Under the pieces are notes generated by a model. That model did no database searches, was not told the DNA's origin, and saw only the letters and a list, made by a program, of their open reading frames with translations. From NCBI GenBank assembly GCA_965248755.1, contig OZ252149.1, positions 3,232,001 through 3,296,000 of the forward strand: a stretch of DNA of 64,000 nucleotides. Reading direction: 5' to 3'. Source of the stretch: Candidatus Latescibacterota bacterium (GTDB taxonomy: Bacteria; Latescibacterota; CBDEFO01). Shown here in pieces: positions 10,108 through 20,686 of the stretch. A program made the translations under genes and the position numbers. Positions within the stretch are counted from its first letter, which is position 1. Each line of letters starts with the position of its first letter.

Positions 10108-10609
10108 TTACAGGAAAAACTTACTGAACAACTTCCGATTCTTCCCCCGGACGATACAAACTTCCCTGAGGATATCAATCACAAAATTACCTGCTGGCAG
10201 GTTCTCTTTACCCTATAAGACCAGATCCCTAGGGAGCATATCTTTGCCTCAGAAGGTAGTAAGATTTTTCACCGATCCTCATTTTTGTCAAACTACTCCC
10301 CTGAGCGGCTGCCTTTTCCTGCTCCTGATAGATTCAATTGGGGGCGCTCGCAATGACAATAGTATGTGCTCATAAGGATGTTGCTTGGTTTGTACTTTTA
10401 GTCATTGCGAGGGGGTTCTCCCCGAAGCAATCTCGGAAGGGGGGAGGAAGCGCCCTCTATCTACAGTCTACTGGGCAAAACGTTTGTCCCTATATACATC
10501 TGTTGTAGGGGCAGACCCGTGTGTCTGACCTTGGGGCTACCACTTCGTGGCTTGTGGCTCTCCAACAAAGCGCCCATGGCGCCTCGCCCCTACATACTGC
10601 CTGCTGTTC

Positions 10610-11183
10610 CTACGAACATCCGTTCGTAGGAACAGCAGTTGAGGCATTTGCAGCAAGATCCGTTCCTGACCATTTTCGCCCCGCACTCGTAGCAGGCAGG
10701 GGCGTCGGCCAGAGTCAGTAACACCTACTTTTCCCGCATCTCAACCTCTTTCATCGTCATCCCGTTTTCTCGGCGTGAGAGATCGGGTGCCGTATTCTTC
10801 CCGTTATCGCCCGGCTTCTAATCTTCTTGGGGCAGGAACTTTTTCCCCAACCATCTGAAGATATAATCTATAATAGACTCTGCCATTGGGATGTCAGGGT
10901 TGTTAGTAAAGCCCGCAGGATCAAAGCGCATGTGGCTGAACTTGTCCACCAACATCTTCAAAGGAACCCCGTACTGAAGCGCTATTGAGATCGCCGTAGC
11001 AAAGGAAGTCATAAGACCCGATACTACGGAGCCCTCCTTTGCTCCCAGTAAGAATATCTCCCCGGGAGATCCGTCCTCGTACATCCCCACAGTGATGTAC
11101 CCTTCGTATCCGCCCACACTGAACTTGTGCGTGATCGCATTCCGCTCGTGGGGAAGCTTCCTCCTGATATGAGCGTACTCCAT
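10610..11183 (-). pseudogene. Stand-alone class II ribonucleotide reductase C-terminal (TSCPD/NrdJb-like) gene, disrupted
   Basis: RRKLPHER..THKFSVGGYEGY..SIIDYIFRWL; after two TAG stops it continues DAPACYECG..RNGSCCKCLNC, with TNGCS* out of frame; own RBS AGGAGG. Confidence 0.8.
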
Positions 11184-11662
11184 AGTTACCTCCTTCTCCT
11201 CTTTTATCCTCCGCTTCGAAAGGAAGCTATGTCAATTACTACGTCACTGATCAGCATATACTGTACATAACAATAGTATTCAACAGTTCAGCTGTAAAGA
11301 AAAAAATGAAGAAACTCTAAAAAAATCTATTGGGAATTCCGATGAGGTGAAGGTAACTTTCCCAATTCAAAAGAAATCGGCGACAGAGTCCCAAAGACAC
11401 TCTCCACTCACGGATGAGCACCGTCTGATATGGCGTGGGCTTTCTCCGCCCGATAAGCAGAGGGAAAGATTGCTTCGGTGGATTTTATCCACCTCGCAAT
11501 GACCTAAGTCGGGCCCTGTCATTGCGAGCGCTCCCGAATGAATCCCCGATTGATTCTACCCCCGATTGAATCTATCGGGGGGGATCGGGAGGAACCGATC
11601 TCGGTGATACAATGCAGCGGCGAGGTTCTCTCGCCCTTGGGCCGAGAGACTTAGCAGTATGT

Positions 11663-11917
11663 TAACCCGAATAGTTTACAAAAAAAGGTTGTGTATTAAT
11701 TAAGGGATTGTATTATATTATAGTTATGTCGTTTAACCATCTTCGGTGTCATTGCGAGCCGTAGGCGAAGCAATCTCGATTCTGTGGTAGATGTAATACT
11801 CTCCGGCTCTCATAGGAGACCACTATAAAACCTTGAGATTGCTTCCCCGATTGATTCTATCGGGGACCGCTTTGCTCCTCGCAATGACTCCACCAAGTTT
11901 ATGAATTAATCGGGTTA
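11663..11917. mobile_element. MITE-like element, copy 2 (255 bp, ~20-bp imperfect terminal inverted repeats)
   Basis: TAACCCGAATAGTTTACAAA ... TTTATGAATTAATCGGGTTA; internal REP-like hairpins. Confidence 0.8.
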
Positions 11918-12039
11918 AATAGAATTTGGTATTACATTTGATTTAAGTTGCTTTTATAGAAGCTTCGAGCTTGCCTGATGTGGGAAAACTTTCCCAGATA
12001 ATACGACCGTTCGGAATCACAGGCACTTAGAAATCTTCA

Positions 12040-12068
12040 TTGACATCTAACATTTTTCTTTGTATCTT
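12040..12068 (+). promoter_or_regulatory. sigma70-type promoter upstream of the SRAP gene
   Basis: TTGACA-N17-TATCTT with TG extension. Confidence 0.55.
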
Positions 12069-12288
12069 CCTAATCCATCGGTCTATTAAGTTTGGGCGAT
12101 CTGAAAAGGAGAATAACCCGAGGGCGTTGGGGGTAAGGTTCTTTTGAGGCAGCGATCAAAGAGTACCGTTGGCAATAGTTCTTCAGATCTGCGCAGCAGA
12201 TGTCAACTAAAGGATTCGACCAACTCCACATGCCTCCTGACGACACAGCGTCTTGACAGCATGGGAGAGAGGATTAAGAGGAGATGCT

Positions 12289-12972
12289 ATGTGCGGACGA
12301 TTTTCACTGGCAACGGACACTATTGATGTGATGGAGGCTTTTCCCGAATTTGTGATGCCAGACGAGTTTAAGCCCAGATACAACATCGCCCCATCTCAGA
12401 ATGTGGCTGTAGTTGCAAATACCGGCCAGAACAATGTGGAAGATTTCACATGGGGCTTGATCCCATCCTGGGCGAAGGATCCCAAAATCGGCTATCGTAT
12501 GATCAACGCTCGCTCTGAAACTCTATCTGAGAAGTCGTCCTTCCGAACTGCCTATCTGCGACGCCGTTGCTTAATCCTGGCAGACGGATTCTACGAATGG
12601 CGCCAGGAGCCGGGGAGCAAGACCAAAGTGCCGATTTACATTCGATTGAAGTGTGGCACTCCCTTTGGCTTTGCAGGGCTATGGGAAATGTGGCGACCAA
12701 GAGACGATGCTTCTCTCCTTTCGTGTACGATTATCACAACCGAACCCAATCAGATGATGGAACAGATTCATAACCGTATGCCGGCTATCCTGAAGCCAGA
12801 AGCTTACGAGAGCTGGCTCGACCCTCAGGAGCGACGTCCCGATGAGCTGGACGAACTTCTCCGCCCGTATCCCGCTGAGGACATGACCGCTTATTCTGTG
12901 TCACGCTTTGTCAATAATCCGCGGAACGATTCGCCTGAATGCATCGCGCCGGCAGATGGAGAAAAGTTTTAG
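12289..12972 (+). CDS. SOS response-associated peptidase (SRAP/HMCES, YedK-like)
   Basis: MCGRF N-terminus, RYNIAP, INARSET, GFYEW, HNRMP. Confidence 0.95.
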   Translation: MCGRFSLATDTIDVMEAFPEFVMPDEFKPRYNIAPSQNVAVVANTGQNNVEDFTWGLIPSWAKDPKIGYRMINARSETLSEKSSFRTAYLRRRCLILADGFYEWRQEPGSKTKVPIYIRLKCGTPFGFAGLWEMWRPRDDASLLSCTIITTEPNQMMEQIHNRMPAILKPEAYESWLDPQERRPDELDELLRPYPAEDMTAYSVSRFVNNPRNDSPECIAPADGEKF

Positions 12973-13057
12973 CGTCTCGCCCAAGTGACAGACATCTGAA
13001 AAAGGATCAGGACGACTCTGCGATCCTGTCCGGTCAGCACGTTGCGTAGAAAAACAT

Positions 13058-14158
13058 ATGACAGAAGGGAATTCATCAACCGAAGCTAACGGATGGCTCA
13101 AGCAGAGGGATCTCTTCATAGGCGGCCAGGAGGGATACCATACTTATAGGATCCCCGCCCTTGTGGTCTCCGCTGTGGGGACTATACTCGCCTTTTGCGA
13201 GGGAAGAAAGTACGGAAGGGGCGATGCGGGAAAGATCGATCTCCTGTTGAAGCGGAGTTTCGACAGCGGGAAGACGTGGCAGGATACGCAGCTTGTCGTC
13301 TCCGAGGGCGATATGACATGCGGCAATCCGTGTCCGGTCGTAGATCGAAGCAACGGCACGATCTGGCTGCCCTTCTGCAAGAACCTGGGGGATGGGCCTG
13401 AGAGCATGATTGTCGAAGGCAAAGCGCCGCGCACGGTCTGGATTACCAAGAGCGCGGACGACGGTGAAACATGGGCTGAACCACAGGAGATCACCCAGGA
13501 TGTGAAAGACAACTCCTGGACGTGGTATGCGACGGGACCCGGACATGGAATTCAACTTGAAAATGGGAGGCTGGTGATCCCCTGCGACCACATCGTGGGG
13601 GTGAATTTCAATCGCAATGATCCTTATCATTCGCACATAATCTACAGCGATGACCACGGTGAAAGTTGGAAGGTCGGCGGAATTGTGGATGAGGGCACGA
13701 ACGAATCTGCAGTTGTCCAGACCGCCGACGGCGCTGTGTATATCAATTGTCGCAACTACAGAGGCGGCAAGAGGCGCGCATACGCATGGAGCTACGACAA
13801 CGGCCAGACATTCTCAAAGTTAGACTGGGATGAGACACTGGTTGAGCCGATGTGCCAGGGCAGCTTAGCTCGCCTGGCACAGGTGGGCCGCCACGACCAG
13901 AATCACGTTCTCTTTTCTAATCCTGCCAGCACAGAAAGGGAGAAGATGACGGTCAGGGTCAGCTACGATGAGTGCCGGACCTGGTCCGTCTCCAGGTTGC
14001 TCTGCGAGGGTCCTTCTGCATATTCAGACCTGGCTGTTTCCCCCGATATAAGCATCTGCTGTCTTTACGAAGCAGGCAAAGAGCATCCCTACGAGAAGCT
14101 GACCTTATCGCAGTTCGATATTGAATGGCTCACTCGTGGGGAAGATCATCTCCTATAG
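13058..14158 (+). CDS. Sialidase-family (GH33-like) BNR-repeat protein
   Basis: YRIP motif; several Asp-boxes SxDxGxTW; AYSDL. Confidence 0.9.
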   Translation: MTEGNSSTEANGWLKQRDLFIGGQEGYHTYRIPALVVSAVGTILAFCEGRKYGRGDAGKIDLLLKRSFDSGKTWQDTQLVVSEGDMTCGNPCPVVDRSNGTIWLPFCKNLGDGPESMIVEGKAPRTVWITKSADDGETWAEPQEITQDVKDNSWTWYATGPGHGIQLENGRLVIPCDHIVGVNFNRNDPYHSHIIYSDDHGESWKVGGIVDEGTNESAVVQTADGAVYINCRNYRGGKRRAYAWSYDNGQTFSKLDWDETLVEPMCQGSLARLAQVGRHDQNHVLFSNPASTEREKMTVRVSYDECRTWSVSRLLCEGPSAYSDLAVSPDISICCLYEAGKEHPYEKLTLSQFDIEWLTRGEDHLL

Positions 14159-14236
14159 CCTTACTGAATTAAATGTAGTGCTGGGGAACCCAGCCCTACG
14201 AACATCCATATCGACTCAAAAAGGAGGAGGATAAGA

Positions 14237-14683
14237 ATGCCGGAAGACATCCTGAAAAAGGTGACAAAGAGGGTGGAGGAATATTTAGAGGGGACTCACG
14301 GGGATGAGTTTGAAAAGTTCGAGGACGGCAGGTATATTATCATGGTGGGGACCACCGTGGTTCAACTCCTTGTGAGGGCCTGGCACAAAGATGACGCTAT
14401 AGTGGACTGCTTCAGCTTCCTGGTCTATGAAGCAACTATAACGGAGGATCTGATGCGTTATCTCCTCAACGAGAACGCAAACATCCACTTTGGAGCCTTC
14501 TCGCTGACTTTTGACGATACCATAAAGTTTAGCCATTCGATAGCTGGGGTGAACATGGATCAAAACGAGTTTGAGGCTACGATCAAGACTGTAGCTCAAA
14601 TCGCAGATCACTACGATGTGGAGATAATTAAGATGGCAGGGGGCAAAACAGCTCAGGAGGCCCTTAATGAAGGTTTATTGTAA
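14237..14683 (+). CDS. YbjN-like/T3SS-chaperone-fold protein
   Basis: 148-aa acidic protein with LLNENANIHFGAFSL pattern; strong RBS. Confidence 0.6.
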   Translation: MPEDILKKVTKRVEEYLEGTHGDEFEKFEDGRYIIMVGTTVVQLLVRAWHKDDAIVDCFSFLVYEATITEDLMRYLLNENANIHFGAFSLTFDDTIKFSHSIAGVNMDQNEFEATIKTVAQIADHYDVEIIKMAGGKTAQEALNEGLL

Positions 14684-14982
14684 AGAAGTAGGCAGTATAG
14701 GAAGGTAGACAGTAGTCACTGGGCAGTAGACTGGGCACCGCCTCTCCCCAAACCGTCATTGCGAAGCGCAGTGGACGCTTTGTTAGGGAGGATGAAGTCG
14801 AGGGGGAAAAGCACAAAGTGTCCGCTTTGCCGGGGTAGCGCTAGCCGCGCGGTGGGCGAAGGGATCTCAGGAATATTCAGCAGAGATTGGACAAGCAGGG
14901 GAGGATTCCCTATCCTTTCTTCTTACTGCCTGGTCCGATTATTTTCTTATCCCATGGGGGCAGAACATAAGGAGACCCGGAC

Positions 14983-15375
14983 ATGGAAATTTCCTGCACA
15001 GGCTTACATCACTGCTCTATCGTAGTGACGGATTTAGAAAGGGCATCGCGGTTTTACTCACAGGTATTAGGTTTAGAGGAGATACCCACACCCTCTACGT
15101 TCGACTTTGAAGTGGTCTGGTTTCAGGTGGGGGAAGAGCATATCCATCTCATGCCGAAAGATCGTGTAGATACGATCTCTCCCCGTCATTTAGCGTTGCA
15201 AGTGGAGGACGCTAAGAACGCACGGAATGTCTTTCGAGAGAAAGGAGTAGAAGTGCAAGAGACGGTTCCAATCCCGGGAGCCGACCGTTTCTTCGTCTCA
15301 GACCCCGACGGCAACAGGATCGAGATCGTTCAGTGGTTCAAGCCCTGGCCCCAGGGGGAAGAGGATAACAAGTAG
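14983..15375 (+). CDS. VOC/glyoxalase family protein
   Basis: LHHCSIVVTDLERASRFY; DPDGNRIE. Confidence 0.9.
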   Translation: MEISCTGLHHCSIVVTDLERASRFYSQVLGLEEIPTPSTFDFEVVWFQVGEEHIHLMPKDRVDTISPRHLALQVEDAKNARNVFREKGVEVQETVPIPGADRFFVSDPDGNRIEIVQWFKPWPQGEEDNK

Positions 15376-15525
15376 AAAGACAGCAGTCAGTGGATTCCTC
15401 TCCTTGCTTGAGTCCCCGATTCAGCCCCCAAGAGATTCAATTGGGGGTCGGGGGAGCGAAGCAATCTCGTAGAAGATAAAGAGGGAATATCCACCTTCCA
15501 GTCAATTGTTTTCGATCCCGATATT

Positions 15526-16233
15526 GTGAGATCTCTCATGAAAGAGTTTCACGTCATCAGACTGGGCACTATATCGTTTGACGACGCGTATAAAATTCAG
15601 CAAGGAATTGTCCGAAGCAGGATAGCGAATCCCGATAACTCCAGCGACTCTTTGATCCTGTGCGAGCACAACTCCGTGATCACTCTGGGACATAGAGGCA
15701 AAGATAGAAATGTCCTGGTTCCGAAGGAGGTACTGGACTTGAAAGGGATACCTCTCTGCCGGACTGACAGAGGTGGGGATGCGACCTATCACGGTCCGGG
15801 GCAACTGGTGGGCTATCCTATCTTGCGTTTGGAAGATGAGGAAAGGGATCTGCACCTCTATCTGAGAAAGATAGAAGAGGCTGTCATGCTATCTCTGAGC
15901 CGATTTGGAATCGCAGGAAAAAGGAAAGAGGGATTGACGGGTGTGTGGGTGGTCGAAGGTCGGCGGAGTGAGGATAAAAAGATATGCTCTATAGGGGTCG
16001 GCGTCAAAAAGTGGGTGACCTTTCATGGTTTTGCCCTGAACGTGAAAAAGGAGTCCTTAGAGGGGTTTAAGTACATTAACCCCTGCGGAATAGACGCATG
16101 CGATGCCATTTCGATGGAGCAACTTTCACCCAGCGTCAATATGCAGGACGCAGAGGACAGCGTGATCGAAAATTTAGGGAAAGTATTTAAGAGGGATAAG
16201 ATGGAACTTCTATCCCCTGAAGGATCTCATTAG
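15526..16233 (+). CDS. lipB: Lipoyl(octanoyl) transferase
   Basis: CEH, RGGDATYHGPGQLVGY, HGFALNV, PCG. Confidence 0.95.
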   Translation: MRSLMKEFHVIRLGTISFDDAYKIQQGIVRSRIANPDNSSDSLILCEHNSVITLGHRGKDRNVLVPKEVLDLKGIPLCRTDRGGDATYHGPGQLVGYPILRLEDEERDLHLYLRKIEEAVMLSLSRFGIAGKRKEGLTGVWVVEGRRSEDKKICSIGVGVKKWVTFHGFALNVKKESLEGFKYINPCGIDACDAISMEQLSPSVNMQDAEDSVIENLGKVFKRDKMELLSPEGSH

Positions 16234-17029
16234 TCAACTTGCCTTCAAATACAATCACAGCATCGCCCTCTAAGAAGATGTTCTTGGCCTTGTCATTTTC
16301 GACGTTGTAGTCTACCTTCAAGGTCCCTCCGCTCTGCGTTATCACATCCACGGGCGGAGCCACATCTTTCACAAGTCCCGCTACGACAGCGGCGGCGACT
16401 GCGCCAGTCCCGCATGCGAGTGTCTCGTCCTCCACGCCCCTTTCGTAGGTTCTGACCCTGATCCGATCCGGAGAAAGGATATGAACAAAATTAGCGTTTG
16501 TGCCCTTCGGCTGGAATCTTTCGTGATATCTGATCTCTTTTCCCAGATTGAAGACATCTGCCGATTCCACGTCTTCTAAAAAGATGACCGCGTGAGGGAC
16601 GCCCGTATTGGCGAAGCTTGCGTCCACCCTGCCGATGCCAAGCTCCAGTTTGAAGTTTAGTTCAATATCAAAGGGATCCACCATGGCCAGCTTCACATTC
16701 TCTCCCTTTACCTCTGCGCCATATTGCCCAGCCGCTGTCTCAAAAGTCATCTTCTGGGGAGCTATGCCTTGCAGATAGGCATATCGGGAGACGCATCTTG
16801 CTCCGTTGCCGCACATCTCAGCTTCTCCTCCGTCAGCGTTGTAATAGAGCATTTTAAAGTCGAAAGATAGGCTATCCTCGACAAAAAGAACGCCGTCTGC
16901 TCCTACCCCTAATCGCCGCTGGCAGATCCTCCTTACAAACACTTCCCGATCCTCTGGAAGGTTACCGTCGCGGTTGTCAAAGACGATGAAATCGTTTCCG
17001 GCTCCGCTCATTTTAACAAAATTTATCAT
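16187..17029 (-). CDS. dapF: Diaminopimelate epimerase
   Basis: KMSGAGNDF, MCGNG, ERGVEDETLACGTG. Confidence 0.97.
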   Translation of the reverse strand: MINFVKMSGAGNDFIVFDNRDGNLPEDREVFVRRICQRRLGVGADGVLFVEDSLSFDFKMLYYNADGGEAEMCGNGARCVSRYAYLQGIAPQKMTFETAAGQYGAEVKGENVKLAMVDPFDIELNFKLELGIGRVDASFANTGVPHAVIFLEDVESADVFNLGKEIRYHERFQPKGTNANFVHILSPDRIRVRTYERGVEDETLACGTGAVAAAVVAGLVKDVAPPVDVITQSGGTLKVDYNVENDKAKNIFLEGDAVIVFEGKLTNEILQGIEVPSYPS

Positions 17030-18288
17030 ATCTCTATAATCCTTTCCCCCCTTATGAGATCAGAATACGTCTCTCTCTCTTTTATGATCTCGAAACTCCC
17101 ATCTACGGTCATAACCTCAGGCGGACGAGGGCGGCAGTTGTAGTTTGAGGACATACAGAAGCCGTACGCCCCCGCGCTCATGAATGCCATAAGATCTCCG
17201 CTTTTGAACGGCGGCACCTCTCTGTCTTTTGCTAAAAAGTCCCCCGATTCGCATATAGGGCCTACGACATCGGCTACGACCTTTTCTCTGTGAGATCTTT
17301 CCAGGGGAAGGATGTCGTGGTAAGAGTCGTAGAAGCTGGGGCGAATAAGGTCATTTATGCCGGCGTCCACGATTACGAATGTCTTTTCTTCGCTCCTCTT
17401 TACATAAAGAACTTTGGACACCAGGACTCCTACATTTCCTACCATTGACCTTCCCGGTTCGAAGATTATTGTGCATCCAGTCTTTGAAAGGAGCGGTACG
17501 ATGGCTTCGGCAAGTTCTAAGGGCTCGGGTGGCTCCTCGTCCTTGTACCTGATGCCGAGTCCCCCCCCGATGTCTATGTACTGGATGTCTATCCCCAGGT
17601 CCCTGATACTGTCCACCATCTCAACGAGACGTTCTACACTTTCGACAAAGGGGGCTACAGTCGTTATCTGAGAACCGATATGTGAATCTATCCCTATGAC
17701 ATCCAGATTCGGCAGGCTCCGGGACATCTTGAAGCTTTCGAGAGCCTCTGAATGAGGAATGCCAAATTTGCTCTGCCTCAATCCTGTAGATATATAAGGA
17801 TGAGTCTCAGGATCGACATCGGGATTTATCCTGAGCGAAACGGGGGCCTTCAGACCCATCTTTCCCGCTATCTTGTCTATCTCCTTTAACTCTGCGGTGG
17901 ACTCCACGTTGAAGGCCAGTATCCCTGCACCCAGAGCATATTCTATCTCCTCGGTGCTCTTGCCGACTCCCGAATAGACGATCTTTTCCGGTGTAAATCC
18001 CGCCTTGAGCGCTCTGTAGAGTTCCCCACCGGAGACTATGTCGGCGCCCAGACCCCTTTTCGCCAAAATGCGGAGCAGCGTTAAGTTCCAGTTGGCCTTT
18101 ACTGAGTAGCACGTTATGTGATCTATATCTTTGAAGGCCCCGTCTATGTTCTGAGCGTGTCTTATAAGGGTTTGGGAACTGTAAAGATATAGTGGAGTTC
18201 CCACTTCTTGGGCTATCCCTTTGATGCTCACATCGTCGCAGAACAGTTCGTTTCCTTTGTACTGGAAGTAGTGCATGGATTTCTCCAA
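17026..18288 (-). CDS. lysA: Diaminopimelate decarboxylase (start probably 18276)
   Basis: YSVKAN, HIGSQ, EPGR, GPICESGD, GAYG..MSSNYN. Confidence 0.97.
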   Translation of the reverse strand: MEKSMHYFQYKGNELFCDDVSIKGIAQEVGTPLYLYSSQTLIRHAQNIDGAFKDIDHITCYSVKANWNLTLLRILAKRGLGADIVSGGELYRALKAGFTPEKIVYSGVGKSTEEIEYALGAGILAFNVESTAELKEIDKIAGKMGLKAPVSLRINPDVDPETHPYISTGLRQSKFGIPHSEALESFKMSRSLPNLDVIGIDSHIGSQITTVAPFVESVERLVEMVDSIRDLGIDIQYIDIGGGLGIRYKDEEPPEPLELAEAIVPLLSKTGCTIIFEPGRSMVGNVGVLVSKVLYVKRSEEKTFVIVDAGINDLIRPSFYDSYHDILPLERSHREKVVADVVGPICESGDFLAKDREVPPFKSGDLMAFMSAGAYGFCMSSNYNCRPRPPEVMTVDGSFEIIKERETYSDLIRGERIIEI

Positions 18289-18383
18289 AATTTGGGCAAT
18301 ATGAGTTACAACTCTGGATCACTTATAAATATACATAGATTCGGGGTATACGGACAAGGGGAAAATTGAAGACCTGCAGAAAA

Positions 18384-18578
18384 TTACCTATTATCGTCAA
18401 AAAGATCCAACTGATTCAACTTCTCCTGATCTTTCTTTATCTTTTCTTTCTGATATAGCTTCTCCGCTAATTCGCCCAGAATAAAGAACTTGGGGGGATT
18501 ATCTGTATCTTCCACCGGCTGAGGCGCAGGGAGACCCATCTTTGCCATGTTCTCTCTGATCTTTTCCCATTTGTCCAT
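18384..18578 (-). CDS. Small hypothetical protein
   Basis: 64-aa ORF filling the gap with protein-like composition. Confidence 0.45.
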   Translation of the reverse strand: MDKWEKIRENMAKMGLPAPQPVEDTDNPPKFFILGELAEKLYQKEKIKKDQEKLNQLDLFDDNR

Positions 18579-18753
18579 AAGTTGTGCTCTGACTAACTAC
18601 TTTCTACTTGAGGGGGCAAAGAGGCAAGGCATTGCCCCCGTCTAAATAAAGGGCGAGTTAACCTCGCCCCTACATCCTGTCTACTGTTTCTGGTTTTGAC
18701 TTCCCCTGCCCTCGATTGAATCTATCGGGGGATCGGGGGCCTGTCTACTGCCC

Positions 18754-19695
18754 TTATGATTTGTTCACAACGTACATTCCCGCCGCAACTAAGAGCGCTC
18801 CAGCCGCAAGGTCCCACGTTATCTTCTCTGACAGAAAAAGGGCGCTAAAGATCACTCCAAATATGGGAGTCAGAAAGAAGAAGACTACTATCTTGCTCGG
18901 ACTCTTGCGCTTCAAGAGAATGTGCCACAGCACAAAACAGAACCCGGCTACGATGACGCCCTGGTACAAATGTGAAAGGACAACTGTGGGAGTAAAATTG
19001 TAGCCTTCGACTCCCTCTGTGTAGAGGCTGAGAAGAGAGAAGAGGATAAGGCCGAATATCATCTGCCACGCCAGGAACCTATAGACATGCACATACTGCA
19101 TTATCCTCTTGCCGAACACAGCCCTGAACGCTAAAAGTAGCCCGCTTACGAGCACAATAGAATCGCCTAAGAGGTTTCTCGACTCTCCAAGTTCCAAGCT
19201 GCGCCTGAAGATAGACGCCACGCCGCAGAAGGACAGGACGATCCCGATGAGTTTTTTTACGTTTAATCTATCTCCCGGAATCAGGAAGTGAGCTAAGATG
19301 GATACGAAGAAGATATGTGTATTTATCAAGACCGTCGAATGGGCTGCGGTCGTCAGGTGTGTCCCCCAATTTAGAGCCACGATCTGAGCTGTAAAGAGCA
19401 GAGTTATCCATAGAATCGGTTTTACCTCGTTCCTTTTCATTCTCAGGGGCACACCCGTAAAGGCGCACCACAAGGCTATGGAAATCGCTCCTATGGCAAA
19501 TCTTATCGCCCCCATACCGATTGGGGGAGCCCCCTTTAGTCCGAATTTCATAGCCACAGGGTGCCCGCCCCACAACAAAGCTAAAAGTATAAGGGCGGCA
19601 CCGGACTTGAAATCCACGCCCTCAACCGGCATCGTTTCAGTCTTGACTTTGGATTCGGTTTCTCCTATTTGTGATTGGGGTTCTGATTCTGACAA
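18754..19695 (-). CDS. DMT/EamA family transporter
   Basis: About 10 TM helices, two EamA-like halves (LLWGG, IRF, TPIFG). Confidence 0.9.
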   Translation of the reverse strand: MSESEPQSQIGETESKVKTETMPVEGVDFKSGAALILLALLWGGHPVAMKFGLKGAPPIGMGAIRFAIGAISIALWCAFTGVPLRMKRNEVKPILWITLLFTAQIVALNWGTHLTTAAHSTVLINTHIFFVSILAHFLIPGDRLNVKKLIGIVLSFCGVASIFRRSLELGESRNLLGDSIVLVSGLLLAFRAVFGKRIMQYVHVYRFLAWQMIFGLILFSLLSLYTEGVEGYNFTPTVVLSHLYQGVIVAGFCFVLWHILLKRKSPSKIVVFFFLTPIFGVIFSALFLSEKITWDLAAGALLVAAGMYVVNKS

Positions 19696-19769
19696 TAAGG
19701 CGTCCTTATTGTGTAACGCAATGATGTGTCCTGATACATCGAAAAAAATAAGCTATAACTCGTTCAAGG

Positions 19770-20060
19770 TCAAGACAGACTCGATAGCTTTGCGGTCTGT
19801 TCATTCAGGTATTCCTTCACAAGCCCGAAAAGCAATTCTATCATTCGCTTGTTGCCGAGCATACGGCGCTTATCCTTGTCTGCATCTTTTGTTAGCATAT
19901 ATTCCTTATATCTCCGATTATCAAACGCAAAGAGGATAGACACCCTGTCTATTCCAAAATGCTCTGCAACCGCAAATGTGGCGGACGTTTCCATATCCAC
20001 CGCCGTGAACCCTTTTCTATAGCAATTCTCGACTTCCTTCTTCCCTTCAGCCGAAGGTGA
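19770..20060 (-). pseudogene. 3' remnant of a nucleoside-phosphorylase-like gene
   Basis: GFTAVDMETSATFAVA motif preceded by an in-frame TAG; no 5' part. Confidence 0.6.
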
Positions 20061-20108
20061 ATCGAAGCTAACCTCTTATATCTGAACCATCACGTATATC
20101 TTTCTATT

Positions 20109-20576
20109 TCAGTCGGGCGAAGCCGTGAGAAGTTTTAGACGCTGATTTAGTTCCCATAATGCGGTCTTGTTGCCGTCCCATTTCAGGAGTTCTACAGCAT
20201 GTTCGTACGTAAGCCATTTATAGTCAATGTGTTCACAAGAAAGTGTTATCTTACATTCCGACGCTTCTACACCGAAACAGTACTCGGGGATCACGAACAC
20301 TTCATCGCCCCACAGATGGCTATCCCCGAAGCATGCAACCGGTATCGATGAGACTGTGTCCAAAGCGATGAAGAGGGACTTGGTAGGTAGGCCAATTTCC
20401 TCCCATGTCTCCCGTTTTGCCGCCTCTAAAGGCGTTTCGTCATCTTCACCACCTCCTGCAATACCTTGCCAGACATTTGGGTCGGAGTCGGATCTACTAA
20501 ATATTGCATATTCAATTTCACCATACCGATGGAATCGGTAGGGCAAGACTAGGACTTGAAAAGGTGCACGAGTCAT
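20109..20576 (-). CDS. NUDIX pyrophosphatase (NudB-like)
   Basis: WQGIAGGGEDDETPLEAAKRETWEEIG; LSCEH. Confidence 0.88.
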   Translation of the reverse strand: MTRAPFQVLVLPYRFHRYGEIEYAIFSRSDSDPNVWQGIAGGGEDDETPLEAAKRETWEEIGLPTKSLFIALDTVSSIPVACFGDSHLWGDEVFVIPEYCFGVEASECKITLSCEHIDYKWLTYEHAVELLKWDGNKTALWELNQRLKLLTASPD

Positions 20577-20686
20577 TAGCTATCCTCTTTAGCGTATGGC
20601 AGTCCACACTTGCGATGCGAAGTGAAAAGACAGCGGAGTGGCCAATAGATGCCCTACACCGCGCTGTCTGGCTATTCCCCTTGACA

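Noticed and set aside
11259..11280. LexA-box-like TACTGTACATAACAATAGTA
   Set aside because: Right half does not match CAG at the correct spacing, and the lineage's LexA motif is unknown
13582..13600. TGCGACCACATCGTGG in the sialidase as another micro-insertion
   Set aside because: It encodes an IPCDH segment that looks like normal sialidase sequence; probably coincidence
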